DNA of 18,077 bases from Octopus sinensis (lineage: Eukaryota), in contig NW_021824959.1 of the NCBI RefSeq assembly GCF_006345805.1, positions 1 through 18,077 on the forward strand. Reading direction: 5' to 3'. The notes beneath the pieces are model-generated. The model was not told the origin of the DNA. It was given only the letters and a program-made list of their open reading frames with translations, and made no database searches. Shown piece after piece: positions 1 through 9,419 of this stretch (the first letter of the stretch is position 1; every line of letters begins with the position of its first letter). A program made the translations under genes and the position numbers.

Positions 1-339
1 GCGGGGAGCACCACGCCCCTGCGCTTCGGGTGCAAAATTACTTTTGGACTTAATAGAAAAACCAGATGCAATGAAAGCGTTATTGTGAATTATGAATTAT
101 ATTTTCAATAATGTTTGGTGGAAATATAATATAAGAATTAGTGATATATATTTCATTGTAATATCATAGTTTCCTATATTTAATATCACCAGTTGAAAGA
201 GTAAATGTAATAGCATTAGGTTATTCATTTATATGACTCTGTTAAGATACATTTTCACACGCACACACCCACACTCACTCACAGGATATGTATATGTGAT
301 ATATGATATATAGATACCATTGTGATATATGATATGACT

Positions 340-362
340 ATATATTATAATATCTATATATA

Positions 363-402
<40 letters not shown>
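340..402. repeat. (TA)n microsatellite
   Basis: Long, nearly pure TA dinucleotide run. Confidence 0.95.
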
Positions 403-406
<4 letters not shown>

Positions 407-447
407 GTATGTGAATGAATTATCCTATGTTTATCGTCAGCATGGAA

Positions 448-546
448 AATGCACCCTTTATTCCCTCGGAATGAAAATATGCTGTCTTCGAAACATGTGT
501 CGAGAGTAAAGAAATTTTGTTAACATCTTCGTTCGACTCCATTCTT
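448..546 (+). mobile_element. Partial PLE terminal-repeat copy carrying the 3' half of a hammerhead
   Basis: Reverse complement of 2143-2241, with about 4 mismatches in 99 nt by manual alignment. Contains TATGCTGTCTTC-GAAAC-ATGT-GTC-GAGAGTAAAG but lacks the CTGATGA half. Confidence 0.85.
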
Positions 547-580
547 TCATTTATTATATATATATATATATATATATATA

Positions 581-1020
581 AAGTTAATCCAAACAAGAAA
601 ACAAAAAGACATCAACGCAAGGATGTGGAACAAATAAAGTATTATTGGACGCTCAGGAAAGAGGGGAAGAAGGAGGGTTTGACGTTTCGAGCGGAGCTCT
701 TCGTCGGAAACATAGGAGAAGGAAAGGTCCCGAGACGGGAGGACAGAGGAAAAAAAATCGCTGGTGGTATTCACGATGTCACATACTAAAAGACGGAAGT
801 GGTAGAAATGGAGGAAAATGTTTTTAAAAACAAGAGAAGGAATGGTAAAAAAGGTGTGCGAGATGACAAGTGTGTGTGTGTGAGTGTGTGTGTGTGTGTT
901 TGTGTATGGTGGACAATGGCTAGTAGCAAGCAGTAGAGGAGTAGAATTAAGGAGTGAGGTGGGGGGGGGTACCCTAGCAAGTCAGAAAGGCAGGTCAGAA
1001 ACAGGGAGGTTAGGTGTTGT
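581..1020 (-). mobile_element. 3' terminal region of a Penelope-like element (non-coding remnant)
   Basis: Contains a minimal HHR-like motif (677-711) followed on the minus strand by TTTCCTGAGCG and ends in (TA)n. This is the same layout as the GIY-YIG-linked element at 17270-18077. The right boundary is approximate. Confidence 0.65.
677..711 (-). ncRNA. Minimal type I hammerhead-like motif, variant core CCGACGA
   Basis: Minus strand reads GTTT-CCGACGA-A-GAGC-tcc-GCTC-GAAA-CG-TC-AAAC. Stem I is GTTT/AAAC, stem II is GAGC/GCTC, a palindromic ACGT replaces stem III, and the putative cleavage triplet is GUC. Confidence 0.7.
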
Positions 1021-1985
1021 GCGTTTGTATATGTATCGGTGTGTGTTTGTTGTAGTATGTGTATGCGTTAGTGTGCGGTTTTTTGTGTGTATGGCGAGTA
1101 ACTGTGCTTAACTTAGTGTATGTGTGCGTGTGTGCTTGTACGTATGTATAATTGTGTGCGTGTATGTATGTGTGTCTGTGCTTATATGTGTGTACATATG
1201 TGTATGTGTGCGTGCGCGTGGTGGTATATGTTGTGTGTATGTATATGTGTCGGTGTGTATGTGAATTAGTGTGTGTTTGTACGTGTGTATGTGTGTGTGC
1301 GTGTATTGTATATATATGTAAATGTGTGTGTGTACGTGCGTGGGAGTGAATGTATGTATGTATGTGCGTGTGTTTACAAATGTAGGGGTTTATATGTGTG
1401 TTTATATGTTTATATGTGTGTATATATATGCATGCAAGGACACACTACGCAACTGAAAGATTGATGGAAAAGACTCTTGCGGTGCGGGCGCATGCAAATC
1501 TACAGGCACACACGCACACGCTCCGACGTACGCCCGAAATAAAGCCAGACCCCACAGGCATGCGTGCATGCATGTATGTATGTGTATGTTTGTGTGTGTA
1601 TATATGTATGTATGTATGAATGAAAGTATGAATGTATGTATTTATGTATGTATGTGTGTGTGTGTGTGTGGATGTACGCGTGTGTGCGTGGGGTTTCCTC
1701 TGGAGTTGTGTGGGCGTAATGTATGTTGTGTATGTATGTATGTGTGTGTGTATGTATGTATGTGTGAGTGTATGATGTATGTATGTCTGTATGTATGTCT
1801 TGTGTATGTATGTATGTGTGCGTATGTGTGTGTGTATGTGTGCGTGTATGTATGTATGTGTGTAGGTATGTATGTGTGTGTGTATGTGTGTATGTATGTA
1901 TGTACGTGTGTATGTGTGTAAGTGTGTGTGCGTGTATGTATGTAGGTATGTATGTGTGCGCGCGTGCATGCATGCCTGTATGTGT
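1015..1985. repeat. Degenerate (TG)n/(TATG)n microsatellite field
   Basis: Imperfect TG and TATG arrays interrupted by a non-repetitive island at about 1435-1565. Source of the VCVYVC/HTHTYI pseudo-ORFs. Confidence 0.95.
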
Positions 1986-2176
1986 AATGAATTATCCTAT
2001 GTTTATTGCCAGCATGGAAAATTCGTTTAACCGAAGCCTGGGTAGCAATTTCACGTCAGAAAACACGGTTGAAGCGACCTGTCAGGGTAGATAGAAACTC
2101 CGGGTCTTGTGTAGAAATTTGGTGTGTTGCAATAAATAAATCAAGAATGGAGTCGAACGAAGATGTTAACAAAATT

Positions 2177-2270
2177 CCTTTACTCTCGACACAGGTTTCA
2201 AAGACAGCATATTTTCATTCCGAAGGAATAAAGGGTGCATTATGCAATATTCTCATCAGGAAAGAAAAGG
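2177..2270 (-). ncRNA. Type I hammerhead ribozyme with extended, branched stem II
   Basis: Minus strand reads CCTTTTCTTTC-CTGATGA-GAATATTGCATA...ATTCC-TTC-GGAAT...TATGCTGTCTTT-GAAAC-CTGT-GTC-GAGAGTAAAGG. Stem I is 11 bp with one mismatch. Predicted cleavage is after GUC, between 2188 and 2187. Confidence 0.8.
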
Positions 2271-2707
2271 AGCCTCTCTCAACAACAAGACAAACAAAAA
2301 TTTCGATGATTGCCTACATGGTAACCAAAGCGATAATGAGTGTTTTTTTAAAAAATCCGTTATAAGCAATGACGTCAAAAATAGATAGTAGGATGAAGTA
2401 AAAATAGGTAGGGGACAGTATGTTTGCTGTATGTATGGAAATGTGTGGGTGTGTGCTTGTGTTAATGAGTGCGTGTTTTGTGTGTGTGTGTATGTGTGTG
2501 TGTATATAACTGCATTTGTGTCTGTGTGTGTGATTGTGTGTGTGAGAGAGAGAGAGACAGACGTCAAAGATAGGTAGTAGTAAGGGAAGATATAAAGGAG
2601 TAATAGGTAGGGAAGGGGAAGTGTACGTTGATTGAAAGAATGTTCGGAGACATAGGAAAGAATTGTGGACGTGAAGCTAATTGTTAAAACCACAGTGACT
2701 ATCGTTA

Positions 2708-3549
2708 TCATTTATATGAGTAGAAAGTGTGTTTCTGCCAATGTTTACATTTGTACGATTTTTCTATGAGTGTGTTTACTAGGGGAACCTTAGCGAAAAG
2801 AATATGGAAGAGCTCAGAGTTACAAATGTTACAAAATCTCCTGCCCTTATCAATAGGAAAGGATACAGACAATATGAACCAATCCAACTTGAAAGTTATA
2901 TTGTTGTCTTTAAGACGCCAAACTAATTTACTTAGTTTGTACTATGTTCGTTTTTTCCTATCTCTGAATGTCGAATAGTGGTTAGAAATTCTCTTGGATA
3001 ACTGAGAAGTGGACGCTCCTATATAGAAGAAAATATCGGTACCGGAAGAAACTCTACACTGGTAAATGGAATTCTTAATTTTGGAATTACTAGACAAAAA
3101 TTATATTCTGTTAGGGTTGCCCTCCGAGATCGAGACGAAGTTTTTATTGTTATGATTGTTGTTTTTATTATTACTAGCGCTAACAACTACACTATTTCTA
3201 TTATTATTAGTATTATTAATTGTACTACAACCAGCAATATCACCGACAATAATACCGTTATTGTTGTTACCATCAACACTGCCAATGTTATTAACACGAC
3301 TAATACTATTATTAATATTATCATTGTTAACACTATCGCTGCTACCAATGCTGGTACTATTAATACTATTTCTATTATTATGATTGCATGATGTGTTGGA
3401 ATTGGTAAGATTAGTGTTGGAACTCCCGGGTGAAGAATCTTTGTTTAGCAGCTTGGTATTATGGGAAGATATAATTTGTGAAAGATTCCTAGTGTTAGAG
3501 AAAGCGATTCTAACCCTGTGTAAATTGATAATAGAATGATATCTAGAAC
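2708..3549 (-). pseudogene. PLE polyprotein C-terminus: end of RT thumb, Asn-rich linker and GIY-YIG endonuclease
   Basis: One frame reads IINLHRVRIAFSNTRNLSQIISSHNTKLL...(N/S-rich)...NRI*FLSSNSKIKNSIYQCRVSSGTDIFFYIGASTSQLSKRISNHYSTFRDRKKRT*YKLSKLVWRLKDNNITFKLDWFILSVSFPIDKGRRFCNICNSELFHILFAKVPLVNTLIEKSYKCKHWQKHTFYSYK*. SIY...YIG, R, H, CxxC, E, N and CxH are present. Internal stops: TAA at 3101-3103 and TAG at 2942-2944. Confidence 0.85.
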
Positions 3550-3814
3550 GTTGAGAGAGACTCCTTTTCTTTCCTGATGAGAAGATTGCATAATGCACCC
3601 TTTATTCCTTCAAAATTTAAAAAATATATTTTCTGTGATTTTTCAAATTGTTGATACTAATCTGTTGGTCGCTACTTCTGCAAGAAGCAGCACCAAGTTT
3701 TTTTTTCTTTGTTTTTTTTTCCGTGACGAGTCGGTGTTTCAACACAGAATGTATAGTTGCGGAACAAACAGTATAAAGCATCCCATCCAAAGCTCTAACT
3801 ACAGCAATCCACCG

Positions 3815-3955
3815 TTCTGGACTGGTACTTTTTTATCGATCCTGAAAGGATGAAAGGTAAAGCTGACCTCGGCGGAATTTGAACACAGTACTCAAAAAGC
3901 ACTAACAAATCCTGCAAAGAATCCTGACTTTAACAACTTTGCAAATTTGTCGGTT
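3815..3955 (-). mobile_element. Diverged tRNA-derived SINE (family C), 5' part
   Basis: Minus strand GTGTTCAAATTCCGCCGAGGTCAGCTTTACCTTTCATCCTTTCAGGATCGATAAAAAAGTACCAG is a B-box plus a central domain typical of mollusc SINEs. Confidence 0.7.
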
Positions 3956-4121
3956 TATAATTGCCCTTAATTCACGACTTCTGGGTTTCATTCTAAACGT
4001 ACTGACGTTACTCTCACAAAGGTTACATTATCTCGTCATCCATCCAAATCACCCTGAGTCGAAGCCAGTTGTTTTAAACTGTAAAGCACAGAATTTAAAT
4101 TAAGAATTCCTGATAATAGAC

Positions 4122-4597
4122 GCGGGTGGGTAGCTGTGTGGTGAGGCGTTCGCTTCTTAACACATGGCTCTGAATCCAGTCTTACAGTGTTGAACCTTGG
4201 GCAAGTGTTTTCTGTTATAGCCATGAGCCAAGTAAAATCTTGAGTGGATTTGATAGACAGAAACTGAAAGAAACCCGTCGTTGACATACATACATACATA
4301 CATACATACATACATACAACATGCATGCATACATACACACACGAACATACACGCGCACACTCACACACACATACACACAAATATAAGATACAACTGTGTG
4401 TGTGTGACTGCATTTGCGTTTGTTCTCCACCACTACTTAACACCTGTTGTTGGTTTGCTTACGCCCCCGTGATATAGCGGTTCGGAAAGAAAGACCGATA
4501 GAATTAGTACTTTGATTTCCAAAAAATAAGTACTGGGATCGATTCCTTGATTAAAAACCTTCAAGGGGTCTGAGACAAGTAAAAGATTTATAAAAGA
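4122..4597 (+). mobile_element. Diverged full-length CORE-like SINE (family A)
   Basis: Head TAGCTGTGTGGTGAGG, CORE-like ACCTTGGGCAAGTG, internal (TACA)n and tail ACAAGTAAAAGA. Homologous to copies at 7748, 13991 and 15703. Confidence 0.85.
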
Positions 4598-4962
4598 ATT
4601 ATACCTGAGCACATTGAAATATTATTTATTCATGATAGAGTTATTGCCTTGCCTTGGGCCTTCAACTCCTTGATGGAGTTGTAGGGCCACCGTCATGGCA
4701 TACGGCGCGTCTTGGGAAACTGTTACACCCGACGGAGCCCATCTTTCTTAGGTATGACCAAAGAAAGTTTATTCCAAAAAGACAGGGAAGAAAAGTATGG
4801 AAGAGGAAAAGGAAGGGAAAAACCGATTTCACTACTAAGTGACGCAGAATGGAAAGCAAAGCTAAAAACGGCAACATTCGAACTCGGAGTGCTTAGAGCC
4901 GGAACAATTATCCATAAAGTAATCTTCTCAAATTTACCAATTGTTTATTTAATCTTGATATC

Positions 4963-5047
4963 TTTCATTTTTAATTTGTTTCAGTTTTTGAACTGGGCCA
5001 TGCTGGAGCACCGCCTTGAAAGAGTTTTAGTCGAACAAATCGACTCC
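4963..5047 (-). mobile_element. 3' fragment of family A SINE, cut off at the element starting 5048
   Basis: TTGTTTCAG...GGCCATGCTGGAGCACCGCCTT...TAGTCGAACAAATCGACTCC matches the other minus-strand tails and stops abruptly at 5047. Confidence 0.8.
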
Positions 5048-5092
5048 ATTATTTACATATGACGGATATTTGTCCTCATCTTGTTTGTTGTT

Positions 5093-5138
5093 AACACAAT
5101 TTTTCGGCTGATATACCCTCCAGCCTTCATCAGGTGTC
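5093..5138 (-). ncRNA. Minimal type I hammerhead ribozyme motif
   Basis: Minus strand reads GACAC-CTGATGA-A-GGCTG-gagggtatat-CAGCC-GAAA-AA-TT-GTGTT. The inverted copy at 5393-5410 retains CAGCC-GAAA-CG-TT-GTGTT with the palindrome AACGTT. Confidence 0.75.
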
Positions 5139-5184
5139 TTGGGGAAATTCGAACTGGGTTCTCATTCCTAAGGTATTTTTTCGA

Positions 5185-5250
5185 TGTTGTTGTTATTATT
5201 ATTATATTATTATTATTATTATAATATATTATGGTTATTATTATTATTAT

Positions 5251-5304
<54 letters not shown>
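5185..5304. repeat. (ATT)n microsatellite internal to the HHR-bearing element
   Basis: Direct reading. Source of the poly-N, poly-I and poly-L ORFs. Confidence 0.95.
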
Positions 5305-5308
<4 letters not shown>

Positions 5309-5434
5309 TCACTGCCTGGAATCAAATTCGGAATCTTGGGGTTAGTATCCCACGCTCTTAACCACTACACCATGTGCCCGTGGAGGGTATATCAGCCGAA
5401 ACGTTGTGTTAACAACAAACAAGACGAGGAAAAG

Positions 5435-5646
5435 GAGGCATACTGAAAAGTTCTTGGCTTTGGGTAAAAGGAAATACAAGAGGATCAGTTGATAATGATT
5501 TTATGCAACCCATTTCCCTAGCTGATTCACACACTTATTGCAGCCGTCCTTCAGGTTTTCTAAAACCCGCAAAAAAATTCGGTAAGTTGGGCCTTTAGCC
5601 TTTCGCGACACCCTTAAAGCCAAGGCTTTTACAGCAACCCCTCATA
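5435..5646 (-). mobile_element. Mariner-derived MITE / internal-deletion derivative
   Basis: Imperfect TIRs CTGAAAAGTTCTTGGCTTT (5443-5461) and AAAGCCAAGGCTTTTACAGCAACCCCTCATA (5616-5646). The minus-strand interior reads ENLKDGCNKCVNQLGKWVA*, like a mariner transposase C-terminus. Confidence 0.75.
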
Positions 5647-5692
5647 CATATACATATATATTTATATATGTATGTATGTATATGTATTTGTA

Positions 5693-5742
<50 letters not shown>
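5645..5742. repeat. (TA/TATG)n plus pure (TG)n microsatellite
   Basis: Direct reading. Confidence 0.95.
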
Positions 5743-5744
<2 letters not shown>

Positions 5745-5846
5745 TTCATTGCCAGTATATAATTGTACAAAGAAACACTGTGTATGTCGCTATCACTACT
5801 GAATGTTTCCATGACTACGGCACATCTTCATGTCCAGGACATAGTT

Positions 5847-5860
5847 GTTTCCATGGCAAC
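5847..5860. promoter_or_regulatory. RFX X-box consensus match (GTTTCCATGGCAAC)
   Basis: Exact match to GTTNCCATGGNAAC, with three degenerate neighbours within 5805-5925. Function unproven. Confidence 0.3.
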
Positions 5861-6167
5861 CATACATCACCATGGCTAACGTGTATAATTCTCCACTACC
5901 AGTGTTCAACTGTGTCCATGGTTACTATATTTCCCCAAAGATATTGTATGATTCCGTGATTTCAGACTATATGTCTTCAATGACAAGTTATAGAGACACA
6001 GTTGTATCGACGGCTGCGGTATTTCTGTGTAGGGTGTGTGTGTTACTTGTGCGTGTTGTGTATGTGTGCCTGTGTGTATATATATATTTATGTATATATA
6101 TACTCAGAGCATTGATAATGGCCTAGGTATATCTGAGATTATATATCTGGCTAAGACGTAAAAGGGT

Positions 6168-6614
6168 GGAGGTGCAATGGCCCAGTGGTTAGGGCAGCGG
6201 ACTCGCTGTGTGGTATATTGTGTACCTTGAGCTTGCCAAACACATTTGTGGTACCTTGGACAAGTTTCTTCTACTAAAACCCTGGGTCGACCAAACGCTT
6301 GTGAGTGGATTTGGTAGACGGAAACTGAAAGAAGCCTATCGTGTGTGTTGTGTGTGTGTGTGTGTGTGTGAATATGCATGTATATATCTGTGTGTGTGTT
6401 TCTTTGTGTTTGTTTTTGACCCCACAACACCGTTTGATAACCGGTTTTGATTTGTTGAGAGCTTCGTAACATGACAGTTCGACAAAACTAACCGATAAAA
6501 TAAGTATCAGACTTTAATGAAAATAAGCACCAGAGTCGATTCGTTCTATTAAAACGCTTTCAAGGTGCTGCCCCAGCGTGGCCGCAGACCAGTGCAGGAA
6601 ACAAGTAAAAGATA
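6168..6614 (+). mobile_element. SINE with family B head and family A body/tail
   Basis: 6168-6206 matches 7157-7195 at 36/39. From about 6250 it follows family A (GTACCTTGGACAAGT...GTGGATTTGGTAGACGGAAACTGAAAG...ACAAGTAAAAGATA). Confidence 0.8.
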
Positions 6615-7156
6615 CAAGACAAAGCTGGGTCCAATTCCAAGTAATGTATATCCACATCCAAAATATGACAAGCCTCTTGGCGTATATGGAGTGTAAATCA
6701 TACGCCATAAATAATTAGTCATTTCAAGTTGGGAATTAAATTCTATGAAAGTAGAAAATAAAGCTCCGGCTAAAAATCAAGCTACTTTACGCAGTTCCGT
6801 TTTCCCACCCATCTTGCCTTATAACCAACTCGTAACCGTTTACACATCCACCTCTAAACGAAATGTTTCAATGTGTGTGAGCGTGCCTGTATGTATGTAT
6901 GTATGATGTTGTATGTATGTATGTATGTATGTATGTATGTATGTGTGTGTGTATGTGCGTGCGTGTGTGAAACAATGCATTCCAGTCCATTGCCTGTTAT
7001 CCCATTTCTGGCTATGTAAACGTACACCTATTCAGCCACAAAGTTGCATAAACTCGCATGTGTATACTCACACCTGCAGACACGCACGTACGCACACAAA
7101 AAATATGTTTATATATATATATATGTATGTTTGTGTGTGTGTGTGTGTGTGTGTGT

Positions 7157-7524
7157 GGAGGCGCAATGGCCCAGTGGTTAAGGCAGCGGACACGCGGTCA
7201 TTGGATCGCGGTTTCGGTTCCCGGACCGGGCGTTGTGAGTGTTTATTGAGCGAAAACACCAAAGGCACTGCGACGCTCCAGTAGTGAGTGGGGGTGATCT
7301 CTGCTGTATTCTTTCACCACAATTTCCTTTCACTCTTTCTTTCTGTACCTGTTGTACCTGTATTTCAAAGGGCCAGCCCTGTCACGCTGAATCTCCACGA
7401 TAACTAAATTGACGGCACATGAGTCTGTGCAGTTCTAATCCACTGGCGCGTTAATTTCACGAGCAGGCTGCTCCGCTGATTGGATCAACTGGAACCCGCA
7501 TCGTTGTAACCGACAGAATGCCAC
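7157..7524 (+). mobile_element. Full-length tRNA-derived SINE (family B, octopus OK/OR-like)
   Basis: A-box TGGCCCAGTGG and B-box-like GGTTTCGGTTCCC, followed by a ~300 nt body ending TAACCGACAGAATGCCA. Inserted in a TG/TA microsatellite. Confidence 0.8.
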
Positions 7525-7544
7525 GGTATATATACCACACATTG

Positions 7545-7740
7545 TTTTTCTTTTACTTGTTTCAGTTATTTGACTGCAGCCATGCTGGAGCACCACCTTT
7601 AGTCGAGAAAATCGACTTATTCCTTGTGAGCCTAGTACTTCTATCTTTTGCCGAACTGCTAGTTTACGGAGACGTAAACATCAGTTGTCAAGCGATGGTG
7701 GGACACACACACACGCACACACACACACACACACACACAT
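7545..7740 (-). mobile_element. Family A SINE, 3' half
   Basis: Tail TTTTACTTGTTTCAG...GCCATGCTGGAGCACC. Ends in the internal (CA)n. Confidence 0.85.
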
Positions 7741-7747
7741 ATATTAT

Positions 7748-8003
7748 ACTCTTTTTACTCTTTTACTTGTTTCAGTCATTTGAGTGTGGCCATGCTGGAG
7801 GACCGCCTTTAGTAGAGTAATTCGACTCCTAGGACTTTTCTTTGTAAGCTTACTATTTACTCTATCGGTCTCTATACCAGACCGCTAAGTTACGGGCACG
7901 CAAACCACGTACTATCGATTGTCAAGCGAGGTTGTAGGGATAAACACAGACACACAACATATACACACACATGTACACACACACAGATATATATATAATA
8001 TAT

Positions 8004-8065
<62 letters not shown>

Positions 8066-8227
8066 TACGACGGCCTCTTTCAGTTTTCGTCTACCAAATC
8101 CACTCACAAGGCTTTGGTCAGCCCGAGGCTATAGTAGAAGACACTTGCCAACGGTGCCACGCAGTGGGACCGAACCCGAAACCATGTGGTTCGTAAGTAA
8201 GCTACTTACCACACAGCCACTCTACGC
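7748..8227 (-). mobile_element. Family A SINE, full length with expanded internal (TA)n
   Basis: Tail at 7748. Head reverse complement ...GCTACTTACCACACAGCCAC at about 8201-8220. Confidence 0.9.
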
Positions 8228-8249
8228 TATAGTATCTATCTAGCTAGCT

Positions 8250-8274
8250 ATTATTTATATATATATACATATAC

Positions 8275-8307
<33 letters not shown>

Positions 8308-8311
8308 AATA

Positions 8312-8342
<31 letters not shown>

Positions 8343-8715
8343 CATTTACATATATATATATAGATAGATAGATAGATAGATAGATACATACATACATACA
8401 TAACATACATACAACATCATACATACACGTGTACATAACGTGCATGAATGTGCACATGTGTATGTACGTATATAACCATTCTTTTCAGCTGGCTATACGA
8501 AACAGTATCTGGGTCCATATATTTTCGAAAATATGAGGACACAAGCTATTGTTTCGTAAAGCAAGCTCGAAACGGTGTGTCCTGGGGCTAAATAGCAATA
8601 GCAGTCATCCTCTCCATGACAGACACTTGTTGGCAAATATCCATATAAGTGTATATATATATATATACGCGTATACATAAACATACTTATATTTGAATAT
8701 ACATAAATATATGTG

Positions 8716-8763
<48 letters not shown>

Positions 8764-8953
8764 CCCACGTTTACAATTATAGACATATATATATATGTCT
8801 ATAAGTGTATAAGTTCATGTATATATATATATATATATAATATCGATATATATACTTATAATATATATATATAAAATATCAATATATATACATTATAATA
8901 TATACATATGATATATAAAATATATATTAATTATATCTATTGGATGTATATAT

Positions 8954-9000
<47 letters not shown>

Positions 9001-9072
9001 TATATAATATACATATATATAATATATATATTATAAGTATATATAGACAGTAATATCTATCTACTATCTATC

Positions 9073-9116
<44 letters not shown>

Positions 9117-9280
9117 GTCTCTATATATATCTTATTATATGTATGTATGTACTATACAACATATATATATATATTATATATATATAATATATATATATAT
9201 AGATATATATATATATATATATATGTATGTTGTATGTATGTATATACATGTTTGTATATATATGTATATACATATATGTG
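8250..9280. repeat. (TA)n/(GATA)n/(TACA)n low-complexity field
   Basis: Direct reading. Interrupted by a non-repetitive island at about 8476-8642. Confidence 0.9.
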
Positions 9281-9346
9281 TGCGTGAGCATGTGTTACTT
9301 TGATACTTTGATAGGTTTCGGCCATTATTGGCCCAGGCCATGTCTA

Positions 9347-9419
9347 ACTTAATAGCACCACCTGGTACTTAATAGCACCACCTGGTACTTAATAGCACCA
9401 CCTGGTACTTAATAGCACC
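9347..9419. repeat. 20-bp minisatellite, 3.65 perfect copies
   Basis: ACTTAATAGCACCACCTGGT x3 followed by ACTTAATAGCACC. Confidence 0.95.

Larger units (their letters stand above)
2131..3611 (-). mobile_element. 5'-truncated Penelope-like retroelement (possibly Naiad-type) with inverted partial terminal repeat
   Basis: Minus-strand pseudo-ORF 3549->2708, then a 3' region with a hammerhead (2177-2270). Bases 3550-3611 are the reverse complement of 2222-2283 (60/62), matching the inverted partial pLTR typical of PLE insertions. Confidence 0.85.
5048..5430 (-). mobile_element. tRNA-headed, hammerhead-tailed non-autonomous retroelement with inverted partial terminal copy
   Basis: tRNA-like head 5379->5305 with A-box TGGTGTAGTGG (5362-5372) and degenerate B-box GAATTTGATTCC (5318-5329). 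Then (AAT)n at 5185-5304 and an HHR at 5093-5138. Bases 5381-5430 are the reverse complement of 5073-5122 (47/50). Confidence 0.75.

Noticed and set aside
1-30. GC-rich short hairpin at the window start
   Set aside because: It is truncated by the window edge and too short to assign.
884-2094. Many overlapping ORFs rich in V/C/Y/M or H/T/I (also near 4036-4472, 5672, 6913, 7919, 8493, 9610, 11517, 17024)
   Set aside because: These are translations of stop-free TG/TA/TATG microsatellites, with no domain signal.
2942-3103. In-frame stops as selenocysteine recoding (reported for some Naiad PLEs)
   Set aside because: The stops are TAA and TAG, not TGA, and I recognise no SECIS.
3101-3598. 165-aa ORF as a standalone gene
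   Set aside because: Its ATG lies inside the inverted terminal-repeat copy. It is part of the disrupted PLE frame.
5305-5379. Functional tRNA gene
   Set aside because: The acceptor and anticodon stems pair poorly and the B-box is degenerate. It is better explained as a SINE-type head.
8536-8583. Bulged hairpin containing CGAAAC
   Set aside because: No CUGANGA core. It is short and could be chance or part of an unassigned repeat.
9347-9419. CRISPR array
   Set aside because: The repeats are contiguous with no unique spacers, the context is eukaryotic, and there are no cas genes.
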